Shown: positions 1-10,193, counted from the first letter of the stretch. The stretch is DNA of 64,000 nt from Frankiales bacterium (GCA_025980465.1 JAICXJ010000009.1:885-64884), one strand, 5' to 3'. Program-made: numbers and translations. Notes: generated from the sequence alone by a model not told the origin.

Positions 1-439
1 CTGCGATCTGGGTGGAGACGACCCGCGTGGCGATCTCGTTTCGATCGAAGATCGCGGTGACGCTGCCGTTTTCAAGGAGGGCCGCGTAGGTCGCGAGCGA
101 GCCACCGGACTCATACAGGCCTCGGACCCGGTCGAGCAGATTCTGCTGTGCCTGCGCTGCCCGGGAGGCGTCGACGCTGCTGTTCTGGTCGGCCGAGACT
201 GCGATGTCGACGCTGTCGGCGACCGCGTTGAACGCCGCCGCGTAGCGCCCTTCAGCGGCTTTCGCCCTCACCTGCAGGGAATGCACTTTCTGCAGGAGAG
301 ACTGCACTTGAGCGCCTGCCTGTCCCGAGGTGTCGGCGCGCGCCGCCGGGAGCACGACGGGTACGGCGGCGAGCGCCGCCGCGGTCAGCGCCACAGCGGC
401 GCTGACGCGGGCACGCCGAGGCAGCGTGAGGAGTCTCAC
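1..439 (-). CDS. Secreted protein with N-terminal coiled-coil, possibly a cell-wall hydrolase N-terminus; runs off the window edge
   Basis: Manual translation from GTG 439: MRLLTLPRRARVSAAVALTAAALAAVPVVLPAARA|DTSGQAG..., a signal peptide followed by an Ala/Gln-rich helix (DRVRGLYESGG); open to position 1. Confidence 0.7.
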   Translation of the reverse strand, partial: MRLLTLPRRARVSAAVALTAAALAAVPVVLPAARADTSGQAGAQVQSLLQKVHSLQVRAKAAEGRYAAAFNAVADSVDIAVSADQNSSVDASRAAQAQQNLLDRVRGLYESGGSLATYAALLENGSVTAIFDRNEIATRVVSTQIA

Positions 440-526
440 CAGGGTGAAATCGGCGGGTTCGGCACTGTCCTGAAGGGGCGCGGGAGCTACCGTCAGGTGT
501 TCGATCGCTACCCCGGAGGGGACACC

Positions 527-1564
527 ATGCCTCGTCGTGCATTCATTTCCGCGTTGGCGCTCGCCGCGACCGCGTCGCTACTGGCGGGCTGTGGCGGTGG
601 CAGCAGCGGCGGCTCGGGCAGCGGGACCAACAACAACTCCGGGCCGGCGGGCGAACTCACCAGCGCCATCGACGCGCTTAGCAACGCCTCGACAGTCGAC
701 GCGACAGTGAAGATCGGCGCCACCGCAAGCCAGCTATTGACCTTCGTCAAGCAGCATGACCCGAGCAGCAAGATGACCGCCTCGCAGGCCAACGCGCTCG
801 CCGGGGCGCAGCTGGCGTTCGAGGCCACGGCACCGAGCGGCAAGACGCTGGGACAGTCGGGAACGAACGGCGGCGGTGCGGCCGACATCTCGATCAGCGA
901 CAACGGCTCGCCGCTTTTCACCTTGCGGGTCGTCAACAAGACGCTGTATTTCCAGGTCGCAGTCAAGAACCTGCTCGACACGCTAGGCAAGTCCTCCACC
1001 TACGCGCAGATCCAATCGGCCGCCGGACAGCTGCCGTCCTTCATCCAGGCGTTGCTGAGGGGCGGCTGGGTCTCACTGCCGGAGTCAACCGCGAAATCAC
1101 TGAGCAGCCAGCTGGGCGGGTCGCAGTCCTCGGGAAGCTCGTCGCAGGGCAACGCCGTACTCAATGCGCTCAAGTCTCTGCTGAGCAAGGACGTCACCGT
1201 GACCCGGACCAGCTCCGGCGGCACCGACGTGCTCACCATCTCCGGCAACGCCCGCACGCTGACCAGCGACTTCATGTCAGCGGTCACGAGCAACGTCCCC
1301 GCGGCAGGTGCTGCGTTGGGATCGACCAACCCGTCGTCAGTTCCGAGCAAGACCATCAGTCTCACCGCTACGGTGACGGGCGGTGCACTGTCGAGCTTGT
1401 CGATCGACCTCGGTCAGTTCACCAAGACCGGCAAGCCGTCGTTGCCACTTCAGCTCGCCATCTCGAAGTCTGGGCCGTCGATTTCCGCCCCCTCAGGTGC
1501 GACGCCCATCGACACCAACGAGCTCGGCCAATTGCTCGGTTCGTTCAGCGGCGGCGGCCTCTAA
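527..1564 (+). CDS. Lipoprotein, paralog 1 (possibly LppX/LprG-like fold)
   Basis: ATG 527 after GGAGG; lipobox LLAG-C followed by a G/S linker. Confidence 0.8.
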   Translation: MPRRAFISALALAATASLLAGCGGGSSGGSGSGTNNNSGPAGELTSAIDALSNASTVDATVKIGATASQLLTFVKQHDPSSKMTASQANALAGAQLAFEATAPSGKTLGQSGTNGGGAADISISDNGSPLFTLRVVNKTLYFQVAVKNLLDTLGKSSTYAQIQSAAGQLPSFIQALLRGGWVSLPESTAKSLSSQLGGSQSSGSSSQGNAVLNALKSLLSKDVTVTRTSSGGTDVLTISGNARTLTSDFMSAVTSNVPAAGAALGSTNPSSVPSKTISLTATVTGGALSSLSIDLGQFTKTGKPSLPLQLAISKSGPSISAPSGATPIDTNELGQLLGSFSGGGL

Positions 1565-1664
1565 CTCGCACCGAGCAGGCGGCTACGCCGCAGAGCGCAG
1601 AACGGATGTTGCGCGGGTCCGGCCGCGGGTACCGTGCAGTTGACCAGTGTCGAAGGGATGAAGC

Positions 1665-2732
1665 GTGGCTCGACCTGCCGTCAGGATCGCGACCGGGTTG
1701 GTAGCCGGTGCGCTGGCGCTGAGTGCGTGCGGCAGCAGCAGCGGGCCGACCTCCGGTCGCAACGACTCATCCGTGGCGCCGGCCCGAGAGCTCACCAACG
1801 CGATCAGCGCCCTGGACGGTGGCAACGCGCTCACCGTTTCCATCGGGCTCGGTGCCAGTACTGCGGACATCCTGAGGCTCGGCACCGACAAGAGCGGCAA
1901 CAACGGTCCGACACCTGCTCAGGCGAAGGCCCTGGCCGAAGACCGGATTGTTTTCGAGGATTTCGCGCCGCCCGGCAAGACCTTGGCGGAAGCCTCCGCA
2001 TCCGGTGGCAACGGGGCGTTCGCGATGCGGTTGCAGTCGCCGAGCGCGACGTACGCGTCGTTCCTTGTGGTCAACAAGTCGCTGTACGCGCAGATCAACC
2101 TCAAGTACTTCTTCGATCTTGGGGGAGCGCCGAATCAGTACCGCGCGCTGCTCCGCCGGAGTGCGTCGCTGCCGCCGTTCGCGAAGGCTGCCGTCGAGGG
2201 CAAGTGGGTTTCGCTGCCGGCCGCCACAGTGAAGAGCCTTCAGGGCTTTCTCAAGGGTGCGACCGGGGGGAGTGCCCCGAGTCCCTCTGCATCGCAGATA
2301 CACGCCATCACTCACGCTGCGATCTCAACCCTGCTCGGCGACCTCAACGTCACGAGAACTGGCACCGGTACGACCGATCACCTCACACTCACGGCGAACC
2401 TGCGAAACGTTCTGCACGACGAGTACACCGCGGTGTTCCCCAGGCTGAGCGCGTTGTCCGGATCGATCACTGCCATCCCGCATCCTGCCTTCAACAAGGT
2501 CCCTAACGTCAACGTCACGGTGCTGGCCGATGTCACCGGCGGGGCGCTGTCCATGCTGACCCTCAACACTGGGCAGTTCGCCAAGAGCATTCCCTTCAGC
2601 CTTCCGGTGACGGCGACGTTCAGCCGCTCTGGTGCGCCCATCACCGCGCCTGCGGGCGCGACTCCCCTCGACCTGAGCCAGCTCTTCCAGCTCGGGGGCA
2701 GCAGCGGGCTGTTCAATAGCAGCGGGGCGTGA
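1665..2732 (+). CDS. Lipoprotein, paralog 2
   Basis: Lipobox LSA-C; shares ELTxAIxAL, APxGKTL, VVNKxLY, WVSLP, VTGGALS and APxGATP blocks with 527-1564. Confidence 0.8.
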   Translation: MARPAVRIATGLVAGALALSACGSSSGPTSGRNDSSVAPARELTNAISALDGGNALTVSIGLGASTADILRLGTDKSGNNGPTPAQAKALAEDRIVFEDFAPPGKTLAEASASGGNGAFAMRLQSPSATYASFLVVNKSLYAQINLKYFFDLGGAPNQYRALLRRSASLPPFAKAAVEGKWVSLPAATVKSLQGFLKGATGGSAPSPSASQIHAITHAAISTLLGDLNVTRTGTGTTDHLTLTANLRNVLHDEYTAVFPRLSALSGSITAIPHPAFNKVPNVNVTVLADVTGGALSMLTLNTGQFAKSIPFSLPVTATFSRSGAPITAPAGATPLDLSQLFQLGGSSGLFNSSGA

Positions 2733-2736
2733 CGAC

Positions 2737-4041
2737 ATGGCTGAGGCGGGTCTCACCGACCGGATCGACGAGGAGGTCGTCGAGACTTGCCGCGACCTGA
2801 TTCGTATCGACTCGTCAAATCCGACGAGCAACGAGCGCGCGATCGCCGAATGGGTGGCCGTGCGACTCACCGACGCCGGCCTGACACCTGAGATCTACGA
2901 GTCGGAACCAGGTCGGGCCAGCGTGGTGGCGCGCTGGGCGGGCGAGGACTCGAGCCGAGAGGCGCTTCTCATCCACGGCCACCTCGACGTCGTACCCGCC
3001 AACGCCGATGACTGGCAGGTCGACCCCTTCGCAGGCGAGATCCGTGACGGCTGCGTCTGGGGTCGCGGCGCGGTCGACATGAAAGATATGGACGCGATGA
3101 TCCTGACGCTGCTCGCAGACTGGCAGCGGCAGGGCAAGCGACCGCCCCGCGACGTTGTCTTCGCCTTCCTCGCCGATGAGGAGGCGGGCGGGGTGAAAGG
3201 CGCGCATCACCTGGTCGACAACCACGCTCAGCTCTTCGAAGGCTGCACCGAGGCGGTCAGTGAGGTCGGCGGGTTCTCGATGACGGTCGGCGGCCGGCGT
3301 CTTTACGCCATCCAGACGGCGGAGAAAGGGATCGCCTGGCTCCGGCTTGTCGCGCAGGGCCGAGCCGGCCACGGCTCGATGCTCAACGACGACAACGCGG
3401 TCACCACGCTTGCCGAAGCGGTGACCCGGGTCGGGCGACACAGCTTCGCGATCGAGCTCTCCGAGACGGTGGAGACATTCCTTCGCGAAATCTGCGATGC
3501 ACTCGAGATCCCGTTCGACCCGGACAACGTCGAGGCGGTGCTGGCCAAGCTCGGCCCGCTCGCCAAGATGATCGGCGCGACGGTACGGCACACCGCCAAC
3601 CCCACGATGCTCGAAGCCGGCTACAAGCAGAACGTGATCCCCGGCGAGGCCTATGCCTACCTTGACTGTCGGTTCCTGCCAGGCAAGAAGAAGCAGTTCG
3701 AGGCGGAGCTGGCGAGAATCGTCGGTCCGGACGTGGCGATCGAAACGGTGCAACACCAGATCGCACTCGAGACCGGCTTCGACGGCCCGCTGGTGGACGC
3801 GATGACCGCCGCGATCCTGGCTGAGGACCCGGACGGACGATGTGTCCCGTACTGCATGTCCGGCGGGACCGACGCCAAGGCGTTCTCAGAACTCGGGATC
3901 CGGTGCTTCGGGTTCTCGCCGCTGCGCCTGCCACCGGAGCTCGATTTCATGGGGATGTTCCACGGGGTCGACGAGCGAGTGCCGGTTGACGGTCTGCAGT
4001 TCGGCGTCCGTGCCCTGTCCCGCTTCTTGACCTCGGCCTGA
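2737..4041 (+). CDS. M20/M25/M40 family metallo-hydrolase
   Basis: HGHLDVVP, GRGAVDMK, ADEEAGG and HGVDERV motifs. Confidence 0.93.
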   Translation: MAEAGLTDRIDEEVVETCRDLIRIDSSNPTSNERAIAEWVAVRLTDAGLTPEIYESEPGRASVVARWAGEDSSREALLIHGHLDVVPANADDWQVDPFAGEIRDGCVWGRGAVDMKDMDAMILTLLADWQRQGKRPPRDVVFAFLADEEAGGVKGAHHLVDNHAQLFEGCTEAVSEVGGFSMTVGGRRLYAIQTAEKGIAWLRLVAQGRAGHGSMLNDDNAVTTLAEAVTRVGRHSFAIELSETVETFLREICDALEIPFDPDNVEAVLAKLGPLAKMIGATVRHTANPTMLEAGYKQNVIPGEAYAYLDCRFLPGKKKQFEAELARIVGPDVAIETVQHQIALETGFDGPLVDAMTAAILAEDPDGRCVPYCMSGGTDAKAFSELGIRCFGFSPLRLPPELDFMGMFHGVDERVPVDGLQFGVRALSRFLTSA

Positions 4042-4043
4042 CG

Positions 4044-4250
4044 TCAGCCGCTCGGGGCGCCCTGCGGCAACGTCGAGCGCATCTTGATGATCCGCCGGCG
4101 CAGCACCACCCGGCGACGACCGTCGGGAAACAACCGGAGCCGCTCGAGTTCCCATCGGCCGTACTCGGCCGCGTCAGTCAGCAGCCGGCGTGCCACGTTG
4201 CGCGAGGTGCCACGCGGCAGATCTATCCGCTGATACTCGTAGTCAGCCAT
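4044..4250 (-). CDS. Small conserved actinobacterial protein (DUF5703-like)
   Basis: LTDAAEYGRWELERLRLFPDGRRRVVLRRRI; usual position next to the M20 gene. Confidence 0.8.
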   Translation of the reverse strand: MADYEYQRIDLPRGTSRNVARRLLTDAAEYGRWELERLRLFPDGRRRVVLRRRIIKMRSTLPQGAPSG

Positions 4251-4256
4251 CGCCGC

Positions 4257-6140
4257 TCACCGTAGCTCGCTGAGCAGGTGTGCGAGCCGGGTACGACGGG
4301 GTCTGGCACCGACCTCGCGGACGCCGCGGGCAAGCGCAGCGCCCGCCGCATGGACGATCGAGACGTGCCGCTGCGCGCGGGTCAATGCGGTGTACACCAG
4401 CGGCCGCGACAGCATTCCGGTTGCCTCCGGGGGGAGGACGACGACGACTGCCGGCCACTCCGAGCCCTGGGCGCGGTGCACTGTGATCGCCCAGCCGTGC
4501 ATGAGATCGGTGCGCGCCTTCGGCGCGACAGTGACCGGGCCGGCGCCGAAGTCCACGACCAGCGAGCCCTCGGACACGTCAGTCACCACGCCGACCTCAC
4601 CATTCGCGAAACCGTCGTCGAGATGATTCGCGGTGGCGACCACGCGGTCGCCGACGTCGAAGCCGCCCACGGTGCCGTCGCCTGGGTTGAGCGCTGCCTT
4701 CAGCGCGGCGTTCAGCGCCGCCGTACCGGCGCCGCCCCGGTGCACGGGAGTCAGCACCTGGACCTCGCTGCTGTCGATGCCCAGCACCCGTGGGATCGAA
4801 TCGGTGACGAGCTGACCGACCCGCTGGGCCGCCTCGCCGGCTCCCTCCGCCGTGATCACCACGACCTCGCGGGTCGGGTCGTCGACTGCGGGAAGCTCGC
4901 CGGTTCGCACCGCCGACGCCAGGCGCGCGATGCTGCCGCCCTCGGCCTGCCGGTGCAGGATCGTCAGCTCAGTCGCCGGGATCGCGCCCGAGTCCAGTAC
5001 GTCGCCGAGCACCCGTCCCGGCCCGATGGACGGCAGCTGTGCCGGATCGCCGACCAGCAGCAGATGGGTGCCGTCGGCGCAGGCGTCGAGGAGAGCGGCA
5101 GCGAGTTCGACGTCGAGCATCGACGTCTCATCGACGACGACGACGTCGGCATCGATCGGCCAGGTCTCGCCGCGGGCGAAGTCGCCGGACTTCCCCTGGG
5201 CACCGAGCAACCGGTGCAGGGTCGAGGCCTCGGCGCCGGTCAGCTCGGCGAGCCGCTTGGCCGCGCGACCGGTCGGTGCAGCCAGCGCGATGCGCTTGTC
5301 GTGCCGGCTGGCGAGCTCGACCACGGCGGCGACTGCTCGGCTTTTCCCGGTGCCGGGGCCACCGTGCAGCACCGTTACGCCGTGCGCCGCGACCCCGGCT
5401 ACCGCGGCCAGCTGAGCCGGGTCGAGGGCCGCGTCGATGCCGGCACCCTCGTCCGCGGCGGCGAACGGTTGAGCAGTCGCGGCGAGTCGAGCGAGTCCCT
5501 CGGCAACGGCGTCCTCGGCCATCGCGTAGCGGACCAGCCCGATCAGCCGCCGCGTCGTGCCGTCCTCGCCGGGCAGCTCGAATTCAGCGACCGGTCCGGC
5601 CTCGACGGCAAGCCGGATGGCGAGGGCGGGGTCGGGTGCGTCCAATCCGGCCAAGGCGGCGAGCAGGGGATCTTCCGGCATGACGGTGTGACCGTCCCGG
5701 GCGGCGCGGCTCAGCGCGTATTGCACCTGGGCCCGGCACCGCCGCGGGTCAGCTTTGGTCGGTCGCTCCTCCAACGTCGCGAGGGCGAACCGGTCTGCGG
5801 TGCGAACGTCGACACCCGGCACCTCCAGCAACCGCCAAGGGTCCGCCCGCAGCACCTCGGCAGCCGACGGCCCGAAGATCTCGACGGCGCCGAAGGTCGG
5901 ACGGACCGGAAGGCTGGCGGCGTACAGCAACTCGGCGACCGCCAGCCGGGGGGCGGCGCCGGCGAATGCCTTCATCAGGTTTTCGGCGCGGGTCTTGCCG
6001 ACCCCGTCGAGGCCGGAGAGGGCATCGACGCTGACGTCCTGCGGCGAGTTGATGTGTGCGCCGGGCAGCGCGGCGGCGAGTCGGCCGAGGCCGGGCCACA
6101 GCCCCGCCTCGCAGAACGCCTCGAACGCGGTGTCTGCCAT
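4257..6140 (-). CDS. RecD2-like SF1B DNA helicase
   Basis: N-terminal HhH (GVGKTRA), Walker A GGPGTGKS, APTGRAA, VDETSM, GDPAQLPSIGPG, TVHRAQGSE, YTALTRA. Confidence 0.9.
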   Translation of the reverse strand: MADTAFEAFCEAGLWPGLGRLAAALPGAHINSPQDVSVDALSGLDGVGKTRAENLMKAFAGAAPRLAVAELLYAASLPVRPTFGAVEIFGPSAAEVLRADPWRLLEVPGVDVRTADRFALATLEERPTKADPRRCRAQVQYALSRAARDGHTVMPEDPLLAALAGLDAPDPALAIRLAVEAGPVAEFELPGEDGTTRRLIGLVRYAMAEDAVAEGLARLAATAQPFAAADEGAGIDAALDPAQLAAVAGVAAHGVTVLHGGPGTGKSRAVAAVVELASRHDKRIALAAPTGRAAKRLAELTGAEASTLHRLLGAQGKSGDFARGETWPIDADVVVVDETSMLDVELAAALLDACADGTHLLLVGDPAQLPSIGPGRVLGDVLDSGAIPATELTILHRQAEGGSIARLASAVRTGELPAVDDPTREVVVITAEGAGEAAQRVGQLVTDSIPRVLGIDSSEVQVLTPVHRGGAGTAALNAALKAALNPGDGTVGGFDVGDRVVATANHLDDGFANGEVGVVTDVSEGSLVVDFGAGPVTVAPKARTDLMHGWAITVHRAQGSEWPAVVVVLPPEATGMLSRPLVYTALTRAQRHVSIVHAAGAALARGVREVGARPRRTRLAHLLSELR

Positions 6141-7123
6141 CAGCGCCCGATGCTGGGCCCGGCCTCCGGGTAGCTGATGTCGGGTGTCGACACGTCGTCG
6201 AGCGCCGTGCGGATCTCCTCCGGCAGCACCGTGGCGTCGGCGTCCAGCGAGCCCTTCAACTGCCCCGCGCTACGAGCGCCGACGACAGGGGCGGTCACAC
6301 CGGGCCGGTCCCGGACCCAGGCGAGTGCGATCGCGAGGGGCGACACCCCGAGACCGTCGGCGGCCGTCATGACCGCGCCGACGACCCGCGACGACCGCTC
6401 GTCGAGGTACGCCGAGATGAAGCGGCTGTAGCCCTCCGACGCGCCGCGGGAGTCCATCGGCGTACCCGTCTGGTACTTGCCGGTCAGGACGCCACGGCCC
6501 AGCGGTGACCACGGCAGCACCCCGATCCCGAGGTTGATCGCTGCCGGGATGACCTCGCGTTCGATGCCGCGCTGCAGCAGCGAGTACTCCATCTGGGTGG
6601 ACACGATCGGTGCCCGCCCCGGGTTCGCCCGCTGCGACGCCGCGGCCTTCGCGGTCTGCCAGCCGCTGTAGTTGCTGATTCCGACGTAGCGAGTGCGCCC
6701 GCTGCTGACGGCGGTGTCGAGGGCGGCGAGAGTTTCCTCGAGCGGCGTCCGTGGATCCCAGGCATGCATCTGCCACAGGTCGACGTGGTCCAAGCCAAGC
6801 CGACCGAGCGACGCATCGAGGGCGGCGAGCAGGTGATGGCGGGAAGCGTTCCGGTCGCGATCGGCATTGCGGACCATTACCGCCTTGGTCGCGACGACGA
6901 CCTCCTCACGCGGGACCGCGCCGTGGAGCAGCCGACCCAGGATGCGCTCGCTCTCGCCATCGGTGTAGACGTCTGCGGTGTCGACGAGTGTCCCGCCGGC
7001 GTCGACGTAAGCGGTCAGCTGATCGGCGGCGTCATCCTCATCGGTTTCCCGACCCCAGCTCATGGTGCCGAGGGCAAGGTGCGACACGTAAAGACCCGTC
7101 GTACCAAGCCGCCGCTGCTTCAT
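6140..7123 (-). CDS. Aldo/keto reductase
   Basis: LGTMSWG, DTADVY, ATKA, IGISN, PWSPLGRGVLTGKY. Confidence 0.93.
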   Translation of the reverse strand: MKQRRLGTTGLYVSHLALGTMSWGRETDEDDAADQLTAYVDAGGTLVDTADVYTDGESERILGRLLHGAVPREEVVVATKAVMVRNADRDRNASRHHLLAALDASLGRLGLDHVDLWQMHAWDPRTPLEETLAALDTAVSSGRTRYVGISNYSGWQTAKAAASQRANPGRAPIVSTQMEYSLLQRGIEREVIPAAINLGIGVLPWSPLGRGVLTGKYQTGTPMDSRGASEGYSRFISAYLDERSSRVVGAVMTAADGLGVSPLAIALAWVRDRPGVTAPVVGARSAGQLKGSLDADATVLPEEIRTALDDVSTPDISYPEAGPSIGR

Positions 7124-7214
7124 GAACCGGAGGCTATCCGCGACACCTGCCGGTCAATCGGCGCAGTCAGGGGTGTGTCGCCGCTCACACCGGGTCGAGG
7201 GCAATGATCGTGGT

Positions 7215-8312
7215 GTGCGGGTCGCCATCGTCGGTGCCGGAGTCGCCGGTCTGACCGCAGCGCTGGCGCTCCAACGGGATGGTCATGACGTTCGGGTCCT
7301 GGAGCAGGCGAGCGAGCTGCGGACGGGTGGCTTCGGGCTGAACCTCTGGGCCAACGCGACCGAGCCGCTGCACCGCCTCGGCGTGAAAGTGCCCGGCGAG
7401 CCCTACCAGCGGATGATCCTGCGCACCCGCGGCCAGGAGCGGGCTCGGGTCGCGCTGCCGACCCGGGGCCAGCCACACATGAATGGTGAGCGGGGAGCGC
7501 TGATGCGCGCCATTCACGACGAGCTCAAGCCCGGCTCGGTGAGGTTCGGCGTGAAGGTGGCCCAAGCCAAGGACCTGTTGGAGGCTGGCGCTGACCTCGT
7601 GGTCGCAGCGGACGGCGTCGGCTCCCAGCTGCGGCCGGACCTCAGCAAGCGGCAGAAGGTGAGCCGGCCATGGTCGGTCTGGCAGGCCGTCATCCCGAGC
7701 GGTGCCGATCTTGTCGAAACCGGCGGCGGGGCGATCGTCATGACCCCGAAGCGGTTCTACGGGATCTGGCGGCACCCGAACGGCGAGCTCTGCTGGTTCG
7801 TCGAGGAGCCATCGCTTCCGCTCGACGCCACCGCCGAGCAGGTGCTGGCCGCGACACTGGAAGAGGACGATGCCCTGGTCCGCGAGGTCGCTCGGCTCAC
7901 TCCGACCGATCGGCTCGGCCAGTGGCTGGCCCGCGACCGGCGGCCGACCCGCGCAATGGTCGTCGATCGGGTGGTCGCGATCGGCGACGCCGCCCACCCG
8001 ATGCTGCCGTGCATCGGGCAGGGAGCCTGTACCTCGATCGAGGACGGGATTGCACTCGCCCTCGCGCTTCGCCATCGGACGGTGAGCGACGGCCTCGACT
8101 TCTACCGCCGGAAACGGCTTCCCGTCACCCGAGTGCGCGTCGCTACCGCGCACTTTGCCTGCGCTCTCCGCCGGCCAAGCCCGGTTGCGACGGCCGTCGT
8201 ATCGAACCCTGTCACGGCGCCATTCGCGCACCTGGCCGGCGTCTGGCTGCGGTTGGTCAACCGGGCACCCGGATGGATGATCCGGGAGCTGGCCGCACTG
8301 CCAGCAGCCTGA
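7215..8312 (+). CDS. FAD-dependent monooxygenase
   Basis: GAGVAG Rossmann motif right after GTG 7215; ADG; GDAAHPMLPCIGQG. Confidence 0.88.
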   Translation: MRVAIVGAGVAGLTAALALQRDGHDVRVLEQASELRTGGFGLNLWANATEPLHRLGVKVPGEPYQRMILRTRGQERARVALPTRGQPHMNGERGALMRAIHDELKPGSVRFGVKVAQAKDLLEAGADLVVAADGVGSQLRPDLSKRQKVSRPWSVWQAVIPSGADLVETGGGAIVMTPKRFYGIWRHPNGELCWFVEEPSLPLDATAEQVLAATLEEDDALVREVARLTPTDRLGQWLARDRRPTRAMVVDRVVAIGDAAHPMLPCIGQGACTSIEDGIALALALRHRTVSDGLDFYRRKRLPVTRVRVATAHFACALRRPSPVATAVVSNPVTAPFAHLAGVWLRLVNRAPGWMIRELAALPAA

Positions 8313-8335
8313 TCATCGCTGGATAGGCTCCGCGA

Positions 8336-9385
8336 ATGCGACTCGGACTCAACCTCGGCTACTGGGGCCTTGCAAGCGACGTCGAGAACGTCGAGCTGGT
8401 GCAGGAGGCGGAGCGGCTGGGCTACAGCTGCGTATGGATGGCGGAGGCATACGGCAACGACGCCGCGACCGTCCTGGCGTATCTGGCCGCGAAGACGTCG
8501 ACGATCGAGCTCGGTAGCGCGATCTTCCAGATTCCTGGGCGTTCGCCCGCGATGACCGCGATGACCGCGGCCACGATCGATCACCTCTCCGGTGGCCGGT
8601 TCCGGCTCGGGCTGGGAGTCTCGGGCCCGCAGGTGTCCGAGGGGTGGCACGGGGTCCGCTTCGACAAGCCACTTGGCCGCACCCGCGAGTACATCGACAT
8701 CATCCGGTTGGCGATGGCCCGCGAGCGGGTCGAGTACCACGGTGAGCACTACGAGCTGCCGCTGCCCGACGGTCCGGGCAAGGCGCTGAAAATGATCATC
8801 CACCCGCTCCGCGAGTACATGCCGATCTATCTCGCAGCGATCGGGCCGAAGAACCTCGAACTCACCGGCGAGAAGTGCGACGGTTGGCTGGCGATCTTCT
8901 TCGACCCGGAGTTCGCACCCGAGCTGCTGTCGTCGGTGCAGGCCGGCAAGGACAAGGCGAACCGCTCGGAAGCGACGATCGATGTGACGCCGACGGTGCC
9001 GGTCATCATCGGCGACGATGTCGACGCGTGCGCGGATCCCTGCCGCGGCTACGCCGCGCTGTACGTCGGTGGGATGGGGTCGCGGGAGCAGAACTTCTAC
9101 AACCGGCTGGCCTGTCGGATGGGGTTCGAAAAGGAAGCCGGCGAGATCCAGGACCTGTACCTGGACAAGAAGTACCTCGAGGCGGCGGCCGCCGTACCGC
9201 TTGAGTTCATCGACCGCACGTCGCTGCTCGGTCCGATCGACCGGATCGCCGAGCGCATGCAGGTGCTGTCAGCGGCAGGCGTCACGACGGTCAACGTGAG
9301 CGGGTTCGCCGGCAGCCAGGAGCAGCGTCTCGCCACGTTGCGCGGCGTTGTTGAGGCGCTGGAAAAGTCCGGCGTCGGCGACTGA
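8336..9385 (+). CDS. LLM class F420-dependent oxidoreductase
   Basis: AEAYG, GRFRLGLGVSGPQVSEGWHG, AAIGPKN. Confidence 0.92.
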   Translation: MRLGLNLGYWGLASDVENVELVQEAERLGYSCVWMAEAYGNDAATVLAYLAAKTSTIELGSAIFQIPGRSPAMTAMTAATIDHLSGGRFRLGLGVSGPQVSEGWHGVRFDKPLGRTREYIDIIRLAMARERVEYHGEHYELPLPDGPGKALKMIIHPLREYMPIYLAAIGPKNLELTGEKCDGWLAIFFDPEFAPELLSSVQAGKDKANRSEATIDVTPTVPVIIGDDVDACADPCRGYAALYVGGMGSREQNFYNRLACRMGFEKEAGEIQDLYLDKKYLEAAAAVPLEFIDRTSLLGPIDRIAERMQVLSAAGVTTVNVSGFAGSQEQRLATLRGVVEALEKSGVGD

Positions 9386-9392
9386 CCGGTGC

Positions 9393-9464
9393 ACAGCAAT
9401 GCCACATTGCTGTCGGAATTGCCGCCAGCAATCCCACATTGCAGACAGCAATGTCACATTGCTA
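9393..9464. repeat. Three copies of an imperfect palindrome CAGCAATGnCACATTGC (REP-like element or operator array)
   Basis: ACAGCAATGCCACATTGCTGT 9393-9413, CAGCAATCCCACATTGCAG 9426-9444, CAGCAATGTCACATTGCTA 9446-9464. Confidence 0.85.
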
Positions 9465-9500
9465 GTGAAGTGAAGATGCCCGGCGTACCAGGATGAGGCC

Positions 9501-10193
9501 ATGACGACTGTCCTGCTGGTGCGGCACGGGTTGACCGACGCCAACACCGGCGGCACCCTCGCCGGCTGGACACCGGGAGTCCACCTCGCCGAGAAGGGCC
9601 GGCAGCAGGTCAGCGCCCTCGCCGAGCGGCTGGGGGCGGTCCCGGTTGCAGGGGTGGTGAGCAGCCCGCTCGAGCGCTGTCAGGAGACCGCCGCGGCTTT
9701 GGTTGTCAGCCGCGATCTCGCGATCACCACCGACGAACGCCTCGGCGAGTGCCACTACGGGGACTGGCAGGGCCAGCCGCTGAAGGTGCTCGCGAAGGAC
9801 CCGTTGTGGAAGGTGGTCCAGGCCCATCCAAGTGCCGCAACCTTCCCCGGCGGCGAGGCGCTTCGCGACACCCAGGCTCGCGCCGTGGCGGCGGTGAGGG
9901 AGCACAACGAGCGGTTCGGGGCAGCGGCAACCTGGATTGCGGTAAGTCATGGCGACGTGATCAAGGCGGTGCTGGCCGATGCGCTCGGGCTGCATCTCGA
10001 CGAGTTTCAGCGCATCGTGGTCGACCCGGCGTCGGTCTCGGTCGTCAGCTATACGACGTTGCGGCCGTTCGTGCTGCGGATGAACGACACCGGCGGTGGT
10101 GTCAGCGGGCTGATCCCGCCGAAGCGTCGGCGCCGGGGCAAGGCGAGTTCGGAGGCGGTCGTCGGCGGCGGAGCAGGAGCGGAGTCGTCCTAG
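9501..10193 (+). CDS. Histidine phosphatase / phosphomutase (MSMEG_4193-like)
   Basis: LVRHG, SSPLERCQET, VSHGDVIK. Confidence 0.9.
   Translation: MTTVLLVRHGLTDANTGGTLAGWTPGVHLAEKGRQQVSALAERLGAVPVAGVVSSPLERCQETAAALVVSRDLAITTDERLGECHYGDWQGQPLKVLAKDPLWKVVQAHPSAATFPGGEALRDTQARAVAAVREHNERFGAAATWIAVSHGDVIKAVLADALGLHLDEFQRIVVDPASVSVVSYTTLRPFVLRMNDTGGGVSGLIPPKRRRRGKASSEAVVGGGAGAESS

Noticed and set aside
4278-6173. Long antisense ORFs (631 aa here; also 25132-26598, 30035-31249, 37664-38938, 53269-54564)
   Set aside because: Shadow frames of high-GC3 genes with no recognisable motifs; the opposite strand encodes clear proteins.
9393-9464. Mini CRISPR array
   Set aside because: Spacers are only about 13 and 1 nt and no cas genes are present; the Fe-S RecB-like nuclease at 20435-21292 sits in its usual housekeeping position near trmI.
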